Positions 41,180 through 53,500 of a stretch of DNA of 64,000 bases are shown in pieces. Location: positions 160,001 through 224,000 of the forward strand of contig JBALDB010000067.1 of the NCBI GenBank assembly GCA_036918135.1, given 5' to 3'. Position numbers and translations under genes: made by a program. The notes beneath the pieces were generated by a model. It was not told the DNA's origin, did no database searches, and saw only the letters and a list, made by a program, of their open reading frames with translations. The DNA comes from Nostoc sp. Lineage in GTDB: Bacteria; Cyanobacteriota; Cyanobacteriia; Cyanobacteriales; Nostocaceae. Every line of letters starts with the position of its first letter. Positions within the stretch are counted from its first letter, which is position 1.

Positions 41180-44100
41180 ATGATAGAAATGAATAATTTA
41201 AATAAATATGATAACTTAGTTGACCAAGATGTAATAGCGATTATTGGGATGGCGGGGCGTTTTCCTGGTTCAAAAAATATTGATATTTTTTGGCAAAACT
41301 TACGTGATGGTGTAGAATCAATTTCTTTTTTCACAGATGAAGAACTAATATCTGCTGGGGAAGATCCATCATTGCTCAACGATCCTAATTATGTGAAAGC
41401 AAATGGGATATTAGAAGATATAGAGTTATTTGATGCTGAATTTTTTGGCTTTTCACCTAGAGAAGCTGAAATTACAGATCCCCAACACCGCCTTTTCATA
41501 GAAAGTGTTTGGGAAGCTTTAGAAAATGCTGGCTATAACTCGGAAACTTATAGCGGTCAAATAAGTCTTTTTGCTGGTGCATCTCCCAATATGTACCTAC
41601 TCTCAAACTTGTATTCCAATCGAGATTTAATAGAATCAGTAGACAGCTTTAAACTTTTGCATGGAAACGAAAAGGATTTTTTGCCTACACAAGTTTCTTA
41701 CAAATTGAACTTGAGAGGGCCAAGCATCAATATTCAAACTGCTTGCTCGACATCATTAGTTGCTATCCACTTAGCCTGCCAAAGTTTATTAAATGGTGAA
41801 AGTGATATTGCTTTAGCAGGTGGTGTTTCCGCTACAACAATGCAAAAAAGTGGTTATCACTATCAACCAGGAGGAATTCATTCTCCTGACGGACATTGTC
41901 GAGCTTTTGACGCTCAAGCAGAAGGAACTATTGATGGCAATGGTTTAGGTGTAGTAGTCTTGAAAAGATTAGAGGATGCCATTGCTGATGGTGACTTTAT
42001 CCATGCATTAATCAAAGGTTCAGCTGTTAATAACGATGGTTCCTTAAAGATTGGATATACAGCCCCTAGTGTTGAGGGTCAAAGAGAAGTAATTTTAGAA
42101 GCTTTAGCTTTAGCTGAAGTTGAACCTGAGACTGTTACTTATGTAGAAGCACACGGTACGGGAACTGTCTTAGGAGATCCGATTGAAATCAAGGCTCTTA
42201 CACAAGCTTATCGTGCTAGTACAAATAAAAAAGGCTTTTGTGCTATTGGTTCAGTAAAGACTAATGTCGGGCATCTGGATATAGCAGCAGGAGTGACAGG
42301 ATTTATTAAAACAGTTCTGGCACTAAAACACAAGCAAATACCACCTAGTTTGCACTTTCAAAAGCCAAATCCCCAGATAGACTTTGCCAATAGTCCGTTT
42401 TACGTCAATGCTAAATTATCGGAGTGGAAAACTAACGGAACACCACGCAGAGCGGGTGTAAGTTCTTTAGCCATTGGTGGGACTAATGCTCATGTGATTT
42501 TGGAAGAAGCTCCAGTAATTGAGGCTTCTAGTCCTTCTCGTCCTTGGCAATTGTTACTGCTCTCAGCCAAAACCAGCACAGCTTTAAATACTGCAACAGC
42601 ACAACTAGGCGAGCATTTAGAGCAAAACCTTGATATTACTCTACCTGACGTAGCTTATACCTTACAAATAGGTCGTCGAGCTTTTGACTATCGCCGCATC
42701 ATGGTTTGTCACGACTTAGATGATGCAGTGAAATTGCTTAACAGCCAAGACCCGCAACGTATTTTTAGTCTCTATAACGAGCCTGGTCATTGTCCAGTCA
42801 TTTTCATGTTTTCCGGACAAGGATCGCAATATGCAAATATGGGTCGGGAACTATATGAAGTAGAACCGAGGTTTAAAGAATATGTAGATACTTGCGCTGT
42901 AATTTTGCAACCCCACCTCGGTCTTGATATCCGCTCTCTACTTTACCCCAAGGGACAAGATACCGAAACTGCATCTTTGCAACTACAACAAACAGCCCTC
43001 ACCCAAAGCGCGTTATTCGTTACAGAGTATGCCCTGGCTCAGTTATTAATGTCATGGGGTGTGCTACCAGAGGCAATGATTGGTCATAGCATCGGGGAAT
43101 ATGTAGCAGCAACTTTAGCAGGTGTATTTGCTCTAGAGGATGCCTTAAAAATTGTGGCAAAAAGGGGACAGTTAATGCAACAACTACCCACAGGAAGTAT
43201 GCTAGCAATTAGGCTTCCAGAAAAAGATGTACAGTTGTTGCTGTCTGCACAGCCGTTGTATAAAAAGTCTCTCCAAATTGCAGTTATTAACAGCCCATCT
43301 TCGTGTGTTGTTTCTGGAACAAACGAAGCGATCGCAATCCTAAAAAATCAATTATCCTTTGAAGAAATTGAATGTCAACTGTTGCATACGTCTCATGCGT
43401 TCCATTCTTTAATGATGGAACCAATACTAGAAGCATTTATTGAGGCTATCAAAACAGTCGAATTAAATCCACCACGCATACGCTTTATTTCTAATGTTAC
43501 TGGTAGTTGGATTACAGATACACAAGCCACTAATCCTAACTACTGGAGTCAACATTTACGACAAACTGTGAGGTTTTCAGATGGAATATCGCAATTGATA
43601 AAACAGTTTGAAGGCGTTTTTATGGAGTTGGGGCCGGGGCGGACATTAAGTACGATTACGAAACAACATTTAGATAAAAATACTAAACAACAAGTACTAA
43701 CTTCATTAAGTCATGTCAAAGAACAACAATCGGATGTTAGCTTTTTATTACAAACATTAGGTCGGCTGTGGCTTTCTGGTGTAGAAATAGATTGGTCGGG
43801 ATTTTATACCCACGAGCAACGTTATCGTTTACCTTTGCCGACTTACCCATTTGAACGACAAAGGTACTGGATTGAACCTAATAAGCAAGGACAAAACGAG
43901 CGTCACACTCCACTGTCACTGGCTAAAAAACCAGATATAGCTGACTGGTTTTATATTCCTTTTTGGAAACCTTCTTTACCCCCCGTACAACTCGAACATC
44001 CAGAATTAGCACCTGAAAAATCCTGCACTTTGGTGTTTATCGATGAGTGTGGCTTGGGTAGCAAGTTAGTCAAACAACTAGAAATACAAAATCAAGATGT

Positions 44101-45859
44101 AATTACTGTAAAAGTTGGTAAAAATTTTAATACAGTAGATGAATCTGAATATACCATCAATCCGGAAAGCGATCGTGATTACGATGTTTTAATTCAAGAG
44201 CTTTTTAAACAAAACAAGTTGCCAAAAACGATTGTTCATTTATGGAGTGTTACACCTAACAGCGAACAACAATTAGAAATCGAAAAATTCGATCGAACTC
44301 AAATTACAGGATTTTATAGTCTCTTATTTCTTGCTCAAGCTTTGGGAAAACAAGAAACTACTGAAGAAGTACAAATCACAGTTATTTCTAACGACCTCCA
44401 GTCATTGACCGGAACTGAAGTGCTTTGTCCAGAGAAAGCCACTTTGCTTGGAGTAATTAAAGTTATTTCCCAAGAATATTTAAATATCAATTGTCGTAGT
44501 ATTGATATTACCTTACCACCCACAGGTAGCTGGCAAGAAGAAACACTTGTAGAACAAATACTGGTAGAACTGACAGTTGATGATTTCCAAAAGCTAATTG
44601 CTTATCGAAGTAGCAATCGTTGGGTACAAAGTTTTGAGCCTGTGCGTTTTGAGCAAGCTAAAATCCAAAAGCCTCGACTACGAGAAAAGGGAGTTTATTT
44701 AATTACAGGTGGACTTGGAGGTATCGGACTTGTTTTAGCAGAATACTTGGCTCGAACTGTACAAGCAAAACTGCTGTTAGTCGGACGAACAGCTTTGCCA
44801 AAAAAAGATGAGTGGGAAAAATGGCTGTCCACTCACGATGAAACTGATAGCACTAGCAATAAAATTCGTAAAGTTCAAGAACTTGAAGATTTAGGTGCAG
44901 AAGTTTTAGTAATCAGTGCTGATGTCAGCAACATCCAACAAATGCGAAGTGCTATTGCAAATACTCAACAGCAATTTGGTCAACTTAATGGTGTTATCCA
45001 TGCTGCTGGGGTTGCTGGAGGCGGTGTAATTGGGCGAAAAACTCAAGCAGAAGTAGAAAGTATTCTCACTCCCAAGGTTAAAGGAACGATAGTTATTGAT
45101 ACAATTGTCAAAGATATTCAATTAGATTTCTTTGTTTTAGCATCCTCAAAAACCTCCATTTTAGGAGAATTTGGCCAGGTAGATTATTGCGCTGCAAATG
45201 CTTTTCTTGATGCCTTTGCTCATTATAATGCTTCCAAACGAGGGAGATTTACTACAACTATCAATTGGGACACTTGGCAAGAAGTTGGGATGGCAGTGAA
45301 CGCCGAATTGCCCCAACGACTCCAACAATTGCGAACAGAAAATCTTCAACAAGGCATATTGCCTGATGAAGGTGTAGATGTTTTTCTACGGATTTTAGAA
45401 AGTAAAATGCCTCAAGTTGTAGTATCTACCTCTGATTTATTAGATATACTTAAACACTACAATTCTTACAACGAAACCCAAGTACTCGAATTTTTAGAAA
45501 CTGTCAATCCATCCAACTCCAAATATCCTCGACCGGAACTAAATAATGATTATGTTGCTCCTCGAAATGAAATTGAGCAAAAGATTGCTACTATCTGGCA
45601 AGATATTTTGGGAATAGAAACGATCGGAATATATGATAACTTTTTTGAAGTTGGTGGTGATTCTCTAATTGGGATTCAAGTTATTGCAACCTTAAATAAG
45701 GAATTTAATTCCAAGATTTCTGTTGCTAAACTTTATGAATGTCCGAATATTGGTTCTATGGCAAAGATTTTTACTCCCGAAGAACCTCAGGAAAATACTT
45801 TTGAACAAAGACTAAGCCGAGGACAGAGAAGAAGGCAGATAAAAATGCAAAGTAACTAA
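41180..45859 (+). CDS. PKS module KS-AT(malonyl)-KR-ACP
   Basis: TACSTS/HGTGT/NVGHL; GHSIG and HAFH; GGLGGIG, PKVKG, DYCAAN; GGDSL. Confidence 0.95.
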   Translation: MIEMNNLNKYDNLVDQDVIAIIGMAGRFPGSKNIDIFWQNLRDGVESISFFTDEELISAGEDPSLLNDPNYVKANGILEDIELFDAEFFGFSPREAEITDPQHRLFIESVWEALENAGYNSETYSGQISLFAGASPNMYLLSNLYSNRDLIESVDSFKLLHGNEKDFLPTQVSYKLNLRGPSINIQTACSTSLVAIHLACQSLLNGESDIALAGGVSATTMQKSGYHYQPGGIHSPDGHCRAFDAQAEGTIDGNGLGVVVLKRLEDAIADGDFIHALIKGSAVNNDGSLKIGYTAPSVEGQREVILEALALAEVEPETVTYVEAHGTGTVLGDPIEIKALTQAYRASTNKKGFCAIGSVKTNVGHLDIAAGVTGFIKTVLALKHKQIPPSLHFQKPNPQIDFANSPFYVNAKLSEWKTNGTPRRAGVSSLAIGGTNAHVILEEAPVIEASSPSRPWQLLLLSAKTSTALNTATAQLGEHLEQNLDITLPDVAYTLQIGRRAFDYRRIMVCHDLDDAVKLLNSQDPQRIFSLYNEPGHCPVIFMFSGQGSQYANMGRELYEVEPRFKEYVDTCAVILQPHLGLDIRSLLYPKGQDTETASLQLQQTALTQSALFVTEYALAQLLMSWGVLPEAMIGHSIGEYVAATLAGVFALEDALKIVAKRGQLMQQLPTGSMLAIRLPEKDVQLLLSAQPLYKKSLQIAVINSPSSCVVSGTNEAIAILKNQLSFEEIECQLLHTSHAFHSLMMEPILEAFIEAIKTVELNPPRIRFISNVTGSWITDTQATNPNYWSQHLRQTVRFSDGISQLIKQFEGVFMELGPGRTLSTITKQHLDKNTKQQVLTSLSHVKEQQSDVSFLLQTLGRLWLSGVEIDWSGFYTHEQRYRLPLPTYPFERQRYWIEPNKQGQNERHTPLSLAKKPDIADWFYIPFWKPSLPPVQLEHPELAPEKSCTLVFIDECGLGSKLVKQLEIQNQDVITVKVGKNFNTVDESEYTINPESDRDYDVLIQELFKQNKLPKTIVHLWSVTPNSEQQLEIEKFDRTQITGFYSLLFLAQALGKQETTEEVQITVISNDLQSLTGTEVLCPEKATLLGVIKVISQEYLNINCRSIDITLPPTGSWQEETLVEQILVELTVDDFQKLIAYRSSNRWVQSFEPVRFEQAKIQKPRLREKGVYLITGGLGGIGLVLAEYLARTVQAKLLLVGRTALPKKDEWEKWLSTHDETDSTSNKIRKVQELEDLGAEVLVISADVSNIQQMRSAIANTQQQFGQLNGVIHAAGVAGGGVIGRKTQAEVESILTPKVKGTIVIDTIVKDIQLDFFVLASSKTSILGEFGQVDYCAANAFLDAFAHYNASKRGRFTTTINWDTWQEVGMAVNAELPQRLQQLRTENLQQGILPDEGVDVFLRILESKMPQVVVSTSDLLDILKHYNSYNETQVLEFLETVNPSNSKYPRPELNNDYVAPRNEIEQKIATIWQDILGIETIGIYDNFFEVGGDSLIGIQVIATLNKEFNSKISVAKLYECPNIGSMAKIFTPEEPQENTFEQRLSRGQRRRQIKMQSN
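44738..44958 (+). repeat. 221-bp identical segment, copy 1 (KR region); copy 2 at 49429-49649
   Basis: By-eye comparison: identical from gcagaatacttggctcg to gaagtgctattgc, with highly similar flanks. Confidence 0.85.
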
Positions 45860-45894
45860 AACATGTTAACTTTACTTCAATTTATCTATATTTT

Positions 45895-48800
45895 ATGAAT
45901 ACCGAAATCAAACAAGAAGAAACAGCAAATATAGATGTAGCAATAGTAGGAATGTCAGGCCGTTTACCTGGTGCTAAAAATCTTGATGAGTTTTGGCATA
46001 ATCTTCAAAATGGTATTGAGTCTATTTCATTTTTCACCAATCATGACTTAGTAGATTTAAATCTCGAAGAGGATATTCTAAACAATCCTAATTATGTTAA
46101 AGCAGCACCGACATTAGAAGATATTGAACTGTTTGATGCTAGGTTCTTTGGTTGCAGCCCTAAAGAAGCTGAAGCAATAGACCCCCAACATCGCCTATTT
46201 ATGGAATGTGCCTGGTCATCTCTTGAAAACGCTGGATATGACCCAGAAACTTATAAAGGTTTGATTGGCGTTTACGCTGGTGTAAGTACAAATAGTTACT
46301 TTTTTAATAATATATATCAAAACGTTAATTTCATTAATATTTCTACTAACTATACTTTAAATAAAGATTTTTTGACCACAAATATTTCATATAAATTAAA
46401 CTTAAAAGGGCCAAGTGTAGGTATTCAAACTTACTGTTCTACTTCATTAGTTGCTGTACATTTAGCCTGCAAAAGTCTACTTGATGAAGAGTGTGATATT
46501 GCTTTAGCAGGTGGGGTTACAATTGTGGTTCCACAAAAATCAGGTTACTTCTATGAAGAAGACGGAATTTTATCTCCTGATGGTCATTGTCGAGCCTTTG
46601 ATGCTAAAGCACGGGGTACTATTTTCGGCAGTGGACTTGGAATAGTCGTCTTAAAAAGATTAAAAGATGCTATAGCAGATAAAGATTATATTCATGCAGT
46701 TATTAAAGGTTCAGCAATTAACAATGATGGTTCCTTAAAAGTTAGCTATACAGCACCTAGTGTCAATGGTCAAGCTGAAGTTATTGTAGAGGCTCTGGCA
46801 AACGCTGGAATAGATGCTGATGATATTTCTTATATAGAGACTCATGGAACTGGAACAGCAACTGGTGACCCAGTTGAAATTGCTGCGCTTACCAAGGCTT
46901 TTCGGGCTTTCACACAGAAAAATGGCTTCTGCGCCATTGGTTCAGTAAAACCAAACATCGGACATTTAGATATCGCATCTGGAATAGCGAGTCTAATTAA
47001 AACTGTTTTAGCATTGAAATATAAACAAATACCTCCTAGCTTAAATTTTGAAGCTCCTAATCCAGAAATTGATTTTGCGAACAGTCCCTTCTACGTTAAT
47101 ACTAAACTTACTGAGTGGAAAGCTAACAATACTCCCCGTCGAGCAGGAGTTAGTTCCTTAGGTTTTGGTGGAACTAATGCCCATGTAATTCTAGAAGAAG
47201 CTCCGGAAATTAAATATTTTGATGATTCTAGACCTTGGCAATTAATATTAGTATCAGCCAAAACTAGCTCAGCAATTGAAACTGCAACTGCAAATTTAGT
47301 TACGTATTTAAAACAATATCCAGATACAAATTTAGCCAATGTTGCTCATACTTTACAAGTAGGTCGTAGAGCATTTAACTATCGCCGAATGTTGGTGTGT
47401 CAAAGTGTTAAAGATGCTGTACATGTTTTAGAAACACAGGAGCAAGAACGGGTTTTTACTGTATATCAAGAGCGTAGGGAACAGCCAGTCATCTTCATGT
47501 TTTCTGGACAAGGAGCGCAATATGCAAACATGGCTGAGGAACTGTACAAAATAGAACCAACATTTACTAAATACGTAAATAATTGTGCCCAGATTTTAGA
47601 AACCTACCTTGGGTTTGATATCTGCCATCTACTCTTTCCAGAGGAAGAAAAAATTGCAGCAGCTAGCCAACAACTACAACAAACAGCACTTACCCAGAGC
47701 GCATTATTTGTCATTGAATACGCCCTAGCTCAATTATTGATGTCATGGGGTGTGCGACCAGAAGCGATGATTGGTCATAGCATTGGGGAATATGTAGCAG
47801 CAACTATTGCAGGTGTATTTTCTCTAGAAGATGCCTTAAAAATTGTGGCTAAAAGGGGACAGCTAATGCAACAACTACCCACAGGAAGTATGCTGGCAAT
47901 TAGGCTTGCAGAAAAAGAGGTGCAGTTGTTGCTGTCTGCACAGACGTTGTATAAAAATTCCTTAGAAATTGCAGTTATTAACAGCCCATCTGATTGTGTA
48001 GTTTCGGGAACAAACGAAGCAATTTCTGTCCTAGAAAACCAATTATCTTCTCAAGGAATTGAATGTCGTCTGCTACATACATCTCATGCCTTTCATTCTG
48101 TGATGATGTCACCAGTATTGGAACCATTTGTACAAGCTGTGAAAAAAGTGAAGCTTAGACCACCTCGCATACGCTTCATTTCTAATGTGACTGGTACTTG
48201 GATTACAGATGAACAAGCTACAAATCCTGATTATTGGTGTCAACATTTGCGTCAAACTGTGAGATTTTCTGATGGAATATCGCAATTAATAAAGCAGTTT
48301 GAAGGTATTTTTCTAGAGGTGGGGCCGGGACGAACTTTAAGTACAATTACAACAAAGCATTTAGATAAAAATGCCAAACAACAGGTATTGACTTCGTTAC
48401 GTCATGTAAAGGAACAACAATCGGATGTTAGCTTTTTATCACAAACATTAGGTCGGTTATGGCTTGCTGGTGTGGAGATAGATTGGTCAGGATTTTATAC
48501 TCACGAGCAACGTCATCGTTTACCTTTGCCAACTTACCCGTTTGAGCGACAAAGATACTGGATTGAACCGAAAAAGCAAGGACAAGATGCTACTCAAACT
48601 CAAGTATCACTGGCTAAAAAACCTGACATAGCTGACTGGTTTTATATTCCTTTTTGGAAGCCTTCTTTACCTCCAGTACAACTCGAACATCAAGAATTAG
48701 CATTCTCAAAATGCAATATTTTAGTGTTTATCGATGAGTGTGGTTTAGGTATAAATTTAGTAAAACGACTAGAAAAACAAAACCAGAATGTTATTACTGT

Positions 48801-50583
48801 AAAACTTGGTAAAAAATTTACTGTACTAGATAATTCTCGATATACTATTAATCCCGAAAATAATCAGGATTACAATACTTTAATCAAAGACCTGATTGTA
48901 CAAAACAAGCTGCCAAAAACGATTATTCATTTGTGGAGTGTTACACCTAGTAGCGAACAAGAATTAAAAATTGAAAAATTTGAGAAAACTCAAATAACGG
49001 GTTTCTATAGTTTGCTATATCTTGCCCAAGCTTTGGGAAGACAAGAAACTACAAATAATTTTAATATTAATGTTATTTCTAACAACCTACAAGCAGTAAC
49101 AGGAATTGAAGTAATTTTTCCAGAGAAAGCCACTTTACTCGGGCCAATTAAAGTTATTTCTCAAGAATATTCAAATATAAATTGTCGTAGTATTGATGTT
49201 ATATTACCACCTACAGGTAGCTGGCAAGAAGAAAAACTTTTAGACAGATTATTGGCAGAACTAACAGTTGATGATTCCCAAAAGCTAATTGCTTATCGAG
49301 GTAGCAATCGTTGGGTGCAAAGTTTTGAGCCTGTGCGCTTCGAGCAAGCTAAAATCCAAAAGCCTCAACTAAGAGAAAAGGGAGTCTATTTAATTACAGG
49401 TGGACTTGGGGGTATCGGACTTGTTTTGGCAGAATACTTGGCTCGAACTGTACAAGCAAAACTGCTGTTAGTCGGACGAACAGCTTTGCCAAAAAAAGAT
49501 GAGTGGGAAAAATGGCTGTCCACTCACGATGAAACTGATAGCACTAGCAATAAAATTCGTAAAGTTCAAGAACTTGAAGATTTAGGTGCAGAAGTTTTAG
49601 TAATCAGTGCTGATGTCAGCAACATCCAACAAATGCGAAGTGCTATTGCTGTTGCTCAACAGCAGTTTGGTCAACTTAATGGTGTTATCCACGCTGCTGG
49701 GGTTCCCGGAGGCGGTGTGATTGGGCGGAAAACTCAAGCAGAAGCAGAAAGTATTCTGGCTCCCAAGGTCAAAGGGACAATAGTTATTGATGCAATTGTC
49801 AAAGATATTCAATTAGATTTCCTGATTCTTACATCATCAAAAACCTCAATTTTAGGGGGATTTGGACAAGCAGATTATTGTGCTGCAAATGCTTTTCTTG
49901 ATGCCTTTGCCCATTATAACGCTTCCAAACATAACAGATTTACTATAAGTATTAATTGGGATAATTGGCAAGAAGTTGGGATGGCAGTAAACACCGAAGT
50001 GCCTCAACAACTCCAAGAATTACGAACAGAAAATCTCCAACAAGGAATATTGCCTGATGAAGGTGTAGATGCTTTTCTACGCATTTTAGAAAGTACAATG
50101 CCTCAAGTTGTAGTATCTACCTCTGACTTATTACATTCTACAAAACACTATACTTCTTACAACGAAAGCCAAGTACTCGAATTTTTAGAGACTGTCAATT
50201 TATCTAACTCAAAATATCCTCGACCGGAACTAAGTAATGATTATGTTGCTCCTCGAAATGAAATTGAGCAAAAGCTTGCTGATATCTGGCAACAAATCTT
50301 AGGAATTGATGAGGTAGGTCTGTACGACAATTTCTTTGAATTAGGAGGAGATTCACTACTAATAATTCAACTTCGCAGTCAAATTATAAAAGTTTTAAAC
50401 AAAAATATCCCAACTGCTAGCCTATTTGAATATTCAACTATCAGTGCTTTGGCTGAACATATCGGTGGAAAACAGCTTGAAGAACCGATATTTTGGAAAG
50501 CTGACGAACGTGCTAGCAAAAAAGAAGCGGCTATGCAAGAAAAAAGACAATTAATGAAACAAAGGAGGAAGTCAGATGGATAG
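45895..50583 (+). CDS. PKS module KS-AT(malonyl)-KR-ACP
   Basis: TYCSTS/HGTGT/NIGHL; GHSIG and HAFH; GGLGGIG, PKVKG, DYCAAN; GGDSL. Confidence 0.95.
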   Translation: MNTEIKQEETANIDVAIVGMSGRLPGAKNLDEFWHNLQNGIESISFFTNHDLVDLNLEEDILNNPNYVKAAPTLEDIELFDARFFGCSPKEAEAIDPQHRLFMECAWSSLENAGYDPETYKGLIGVYAGVSTNSYFFNNIYQNVNFINISTNYTLNKDFLTTNISYKLNLKGPSVGIQTYCSTSLVAVHLACKSLLDEECDIALAGGVTIVVPQKSGYFYEEDGILSPDGHCRAFDAKARGTIFGSGLGIVVLKRLKDAIADKDYIHAVIKGSAINNDGSLKVSYTAPSVNGQAEVIVEALANAGIDADDISYIETHGTGTATGDPVEIAALTKAFRAFTQKNGFCAIGSVKPNIGHLDIASGIASLIKTVLALKYKQIPPSLNFEAPNPEIDFANSPFYVNTKLTEWKANNTPRRAGVSSLGFGGTNAHVILEEAPEIKYFDDSRPWQLILVSAKTSSAIETATANLVTYLKQYPDTNLANVAHTLQVGRRAFNYRRMLVCQSVKDAVHVLETQEQERVFTVYQERREQPVIFMFSGQGAQYANMAEELYKIEPTFTKYVNNCAQILETYLGFDICHLLFPEEEKIAAASQQLQQTALTQSALFVIEYALAQLLMSWGVRPEAMIGHSIGEYVAATIAGVFSLEDALKIVAKRGQLMQQLPTGSMLAIRLAEKEVQLLLSAQTLYKNSLEIAVINSPSDCVVSGTNEAISVLENQLSSQGIECRLLHTSHAFHSVMMSPVLEPFVQAVKKVKLRPPRIRFISNVTGTWITDEQATNPDYWCQHLRQTVRFSDGISQLIKQFEGIFLEVGPGRTLSTITTKHLDKNAKQQVLTSLRHVKEQQSDVSFLSQTLGRLWLAGVEIDWSGFYTHEQRHRLPLPTYPFERQRYWIEPKKQGQDATQTQVSLAKKPDIADWFYIPFWKPSLPPVQLEHQELAFSKCNILVFIDECGLGINLVKRLEKQNQNVITVKLGKKFTVLDNSRYTINPENNQDYNTLIKDLIVQNKLPKTIIHLWSVTPSSEQELKIEKFEKTQITGFYSLLYLAQALGRQETTNNFNINVISNNLQAVTGIEVIFPEKATLLGPIKVISQEYSNINCRSIDVILPPTGSWQEEKLLDRLLAELTVDDSQKLIAYRGSNRWVQSFEPVRFEQAKIQKPQLREKGVYLITGGLGGIGLVLAEYLARTVQAKLLLVGRTALPKKDEWEKWLSTHDETDSTSNKIRKVQELEDLGAEVLVISADVSNIQQMRSAIAVAQQQFGQLNGVIHAAGVPGGGVIGRKTQAEAESILAPKVKGTIVIDAIVKDIQLDFLILTSSKTSILGGFGQADYCAANAFLDAFAHYNASKHNRFTISINWDNWQEVGMAVNTEVPQQLQELRTENLQQGILPDEGVDAFLRILESTMPQVVVSTSDLLHSTKHYTSYNESQVLEFLETVNLSNSKYPRPELSNDYVAPRNEIEQKLADIWQQILGIDEVGLYDNFFELGGDSLLIIQLRSQIIKVLNKNIPTASLFEYSTISALAEHIGGKQLEEPIFWKADERASKKEAAMQEKRQLMKQRRKSDG
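49429..49649 (+). repeat. 221-bp identical segment, copy 2 (KR region)
   Basis: Matches 44738-44958 at an offset of 4691. Confidence 0.85.
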
Positions 50584-53500
50584 CCAACAAATCCATGATT
50601 CCATCAAAGGCATAGCTGTAATCAGTATAGTTGGTCGTTTTCCAGAAGCCAAAAGTGTTGATGAATTTTGGCAGCATTTGTGCAATGGAGAAGAGACAAT
50701 TTCTTCGTTCAATGATGAAGAATTAAAAGCTTCAGGTGTAGACTCAGCTACGCTAAATAACCCTGAATATGTCAAAGCTGGCGCTCATCTTTCAGATATT
50801 GAAATGTTTGACGCTTCTTTCTTCGATTTCTCGCCCAAGGAAGCCGAAATCATGGATCCGCAACACCGGATTCTGCTTGAATGTGCTTGGGAAGCCCTAG
50901 AAACTGCTGGCTATGCTCCTGGATCTGAGAAAGAGTTGACTGGTGTTTATGTAGGAAATTTTATCAACGACTACTGGCTGAGTAGATTAAGTGTCAACCC
51001 TGAGATAATTGAATCAATGGGTTCATTAATTGAATTAAACAATAGTCATCATTATCCAGCTACAAGAATTTCATATAAATTAAACCTTAAAGGCCCAAGT
51101 ATAAATATTAGTACGGCTTGCTCTACATCATTAGTGGCTGTTCACTTAGCCTGCCAAGGATTGCTCAACTATGAGTGCGATTTAGCTTTGGCAGGTGGTA
51201 TTTCAATACAGTCTGTACAGAAGCAAGGTTATTTTTATCAAGAAGGGGGGATGACTTCCCCTGATGGTCGCTGTCGCGCCTTTGATGCTAAAGCAAATGG
51301 AACTATTTTTAGTGAGGGCGTAGGGATTGTCGTACTCAAGAGATTAGAGGATGCTTTAGCAGATGGGGACTGCATTCTTGCAGTGATTAAAGGTTCAGCT
51401 ATCAATAATGATGGAGCGGCTAAAGTAGGTTACACAGCTCCTAGCGTAGGTGGTCAAGCTTCAGTAATAGCTGAGGCTCAGGCGATCGCTGGATTTAATC
51501 CAGAGACAATTACCTATATCGAAACTCACGGAACGGGTACAAGCTTGGGAGATCCGATTGAGATTAGTGCCCTCAAGAAGGTGTTTGAATCCCGTACCAA
51601 AAAGAATGGATTTTGTGCTATTGGTTCGGTAAAGCCGAATGTTGGACATCCAAATATAGCAGCTGGCGTAACTAGTTTAATTAAAACGGTGATGGCACTG
51701 AAACACGGTTTGATTCCTCCTAGCTTACACTTTGAACATCCTAATCCGGAAATAGATTTTGCCAATAGTCCCTTTTACGTCAACACCAAATTATTAGAGT
51801 GGAAAACTAACGGTATACCCAAGAGAGCAGGTGTAAGTTCTTTTGGCATTGGCGGGACTAATGCTCATGTGATTTTGGAAGAAGCTCCAGTGATTGAGGC
51901 TTCGAGTTCCTCGCGTCCTTGGCAATTGCTTGTACTCTCAGCTAAAACCAGTTCAGCGCTGGAAACTCTGACAGCACAACTGTGTACTCATTTACAGCAA
52001 AATCCTGATATTCTCCTACCTGATATAGCTCATACCCTACAAGTTGGTCGTCGGGCTTTTGACTATCGCCGTTTCATTGTTTGCGATCGCCAAGAAGATG
52101 CAATAAAATTACTTAACAACCAAGACCCAATAGGTGTTTTTAGTCATCACCGCAAGCCTGGTCATTGTCCAGTCATCTTCATGTTTTCCGGACAAGGGGC
52201 GCAATATGCAAATATGGCAGAGGAACTATATGAAATTGAACCGACGTTTAAAAAACATGTAGATGCTTGCACTCTAATTTTGCAACCCTACCTCGGTCTT
52301 GATATCCGCTCCTTACTTTATCCCAAGAAAAAAGACACTGAAACTGCTTCAAAGCAATTACAACAAACAGCGCTGACACAACCAGCGTTATTTGTCATCG
52401 AGTATGCCCTAGCTCAGTTATTAATGTCATGGGGTGTGCTACCAGAGGCGATGATTGGTCACAGTATCGGGGAATATGTAGCAGCAACCATAGCAGGTGT
52501 ATTTTCCTTAGAGGATGCTTTAAAAATTGTGGCTAAAAGAGGAGAGTTGATGCAACAACTACCCTCTGGAAGTATGCTGGCAATTAAGCTTCCAGAAAAA
52601 GATGTGCAGTTGTTATTGGAATCAGAAACGCTCTATAAAAATTATCTCCAAATAGCAGCGATAAATAGCCCATCTTCTTGTGTTGTTTCTGGAACAAACG
52701 AGGCAGTTACGAGACTACAAAATCAATTATCTTCTCAAGAAGTTGAATCTCGGCTATTGCATACATCTCATGCGTTTCATTCACAAATGATGTCACCAAT
52801 ACTAGAAGCGTTTATTGAGGCAATAAAAAAAGTCAAACTCAATCCACCACGCATTCGCTTTATTTCTAATGTTACTGGTAGTTGGATTACAGATGCACAA
52901 GCGACAAATCCCAATTACTGGAGCCAACATCTACGACAAACTGTGAAATTTTCAGATGGAATATCTCTACTTTTAAAACAGTTTGAAGGTGTTTTTCTAG
53001 AGGTAGGGCCGGGACGAACTTTAAGTACTATTACTATACAGCATTTAAATATAAATGCTAAACAACAGGTACTAAGTTCATTACGCCATGTGAAAGACCA
53101 ACAATCTGATGTTAACTTTTTGTTGCAGACATTAGGTCGGTTGTGGCTTTTTGGTGTAGAGATTGACTGGTCGGGATTTTATGCTCACGAACAGCGTCAT
53201 CGTCTGCCTTTACCTACCTATCCTTTTGAGCGACAAAGATACTGGATTGATGCTAAATCCCCATCGCCTTCTTTAAATAGTAAGTCAGCAAAATTAGATT
53301 GTAAACAAGATATTGCCGACTGGTTTTATGTTCCTTCATGGAAACGCTCTTTGCTACGTAATTCATCCTCTGCTCAAATAGAATCTACACAAGACGATTG
53401 GCTATTTTTTCTTGATGAGTTGGGAATTGGAGAAAAATTAATCAATGCATTGATTAATCAAGGTAAAAATGTCATTACGGTTAAGCAAGGAGAGCAGTTT

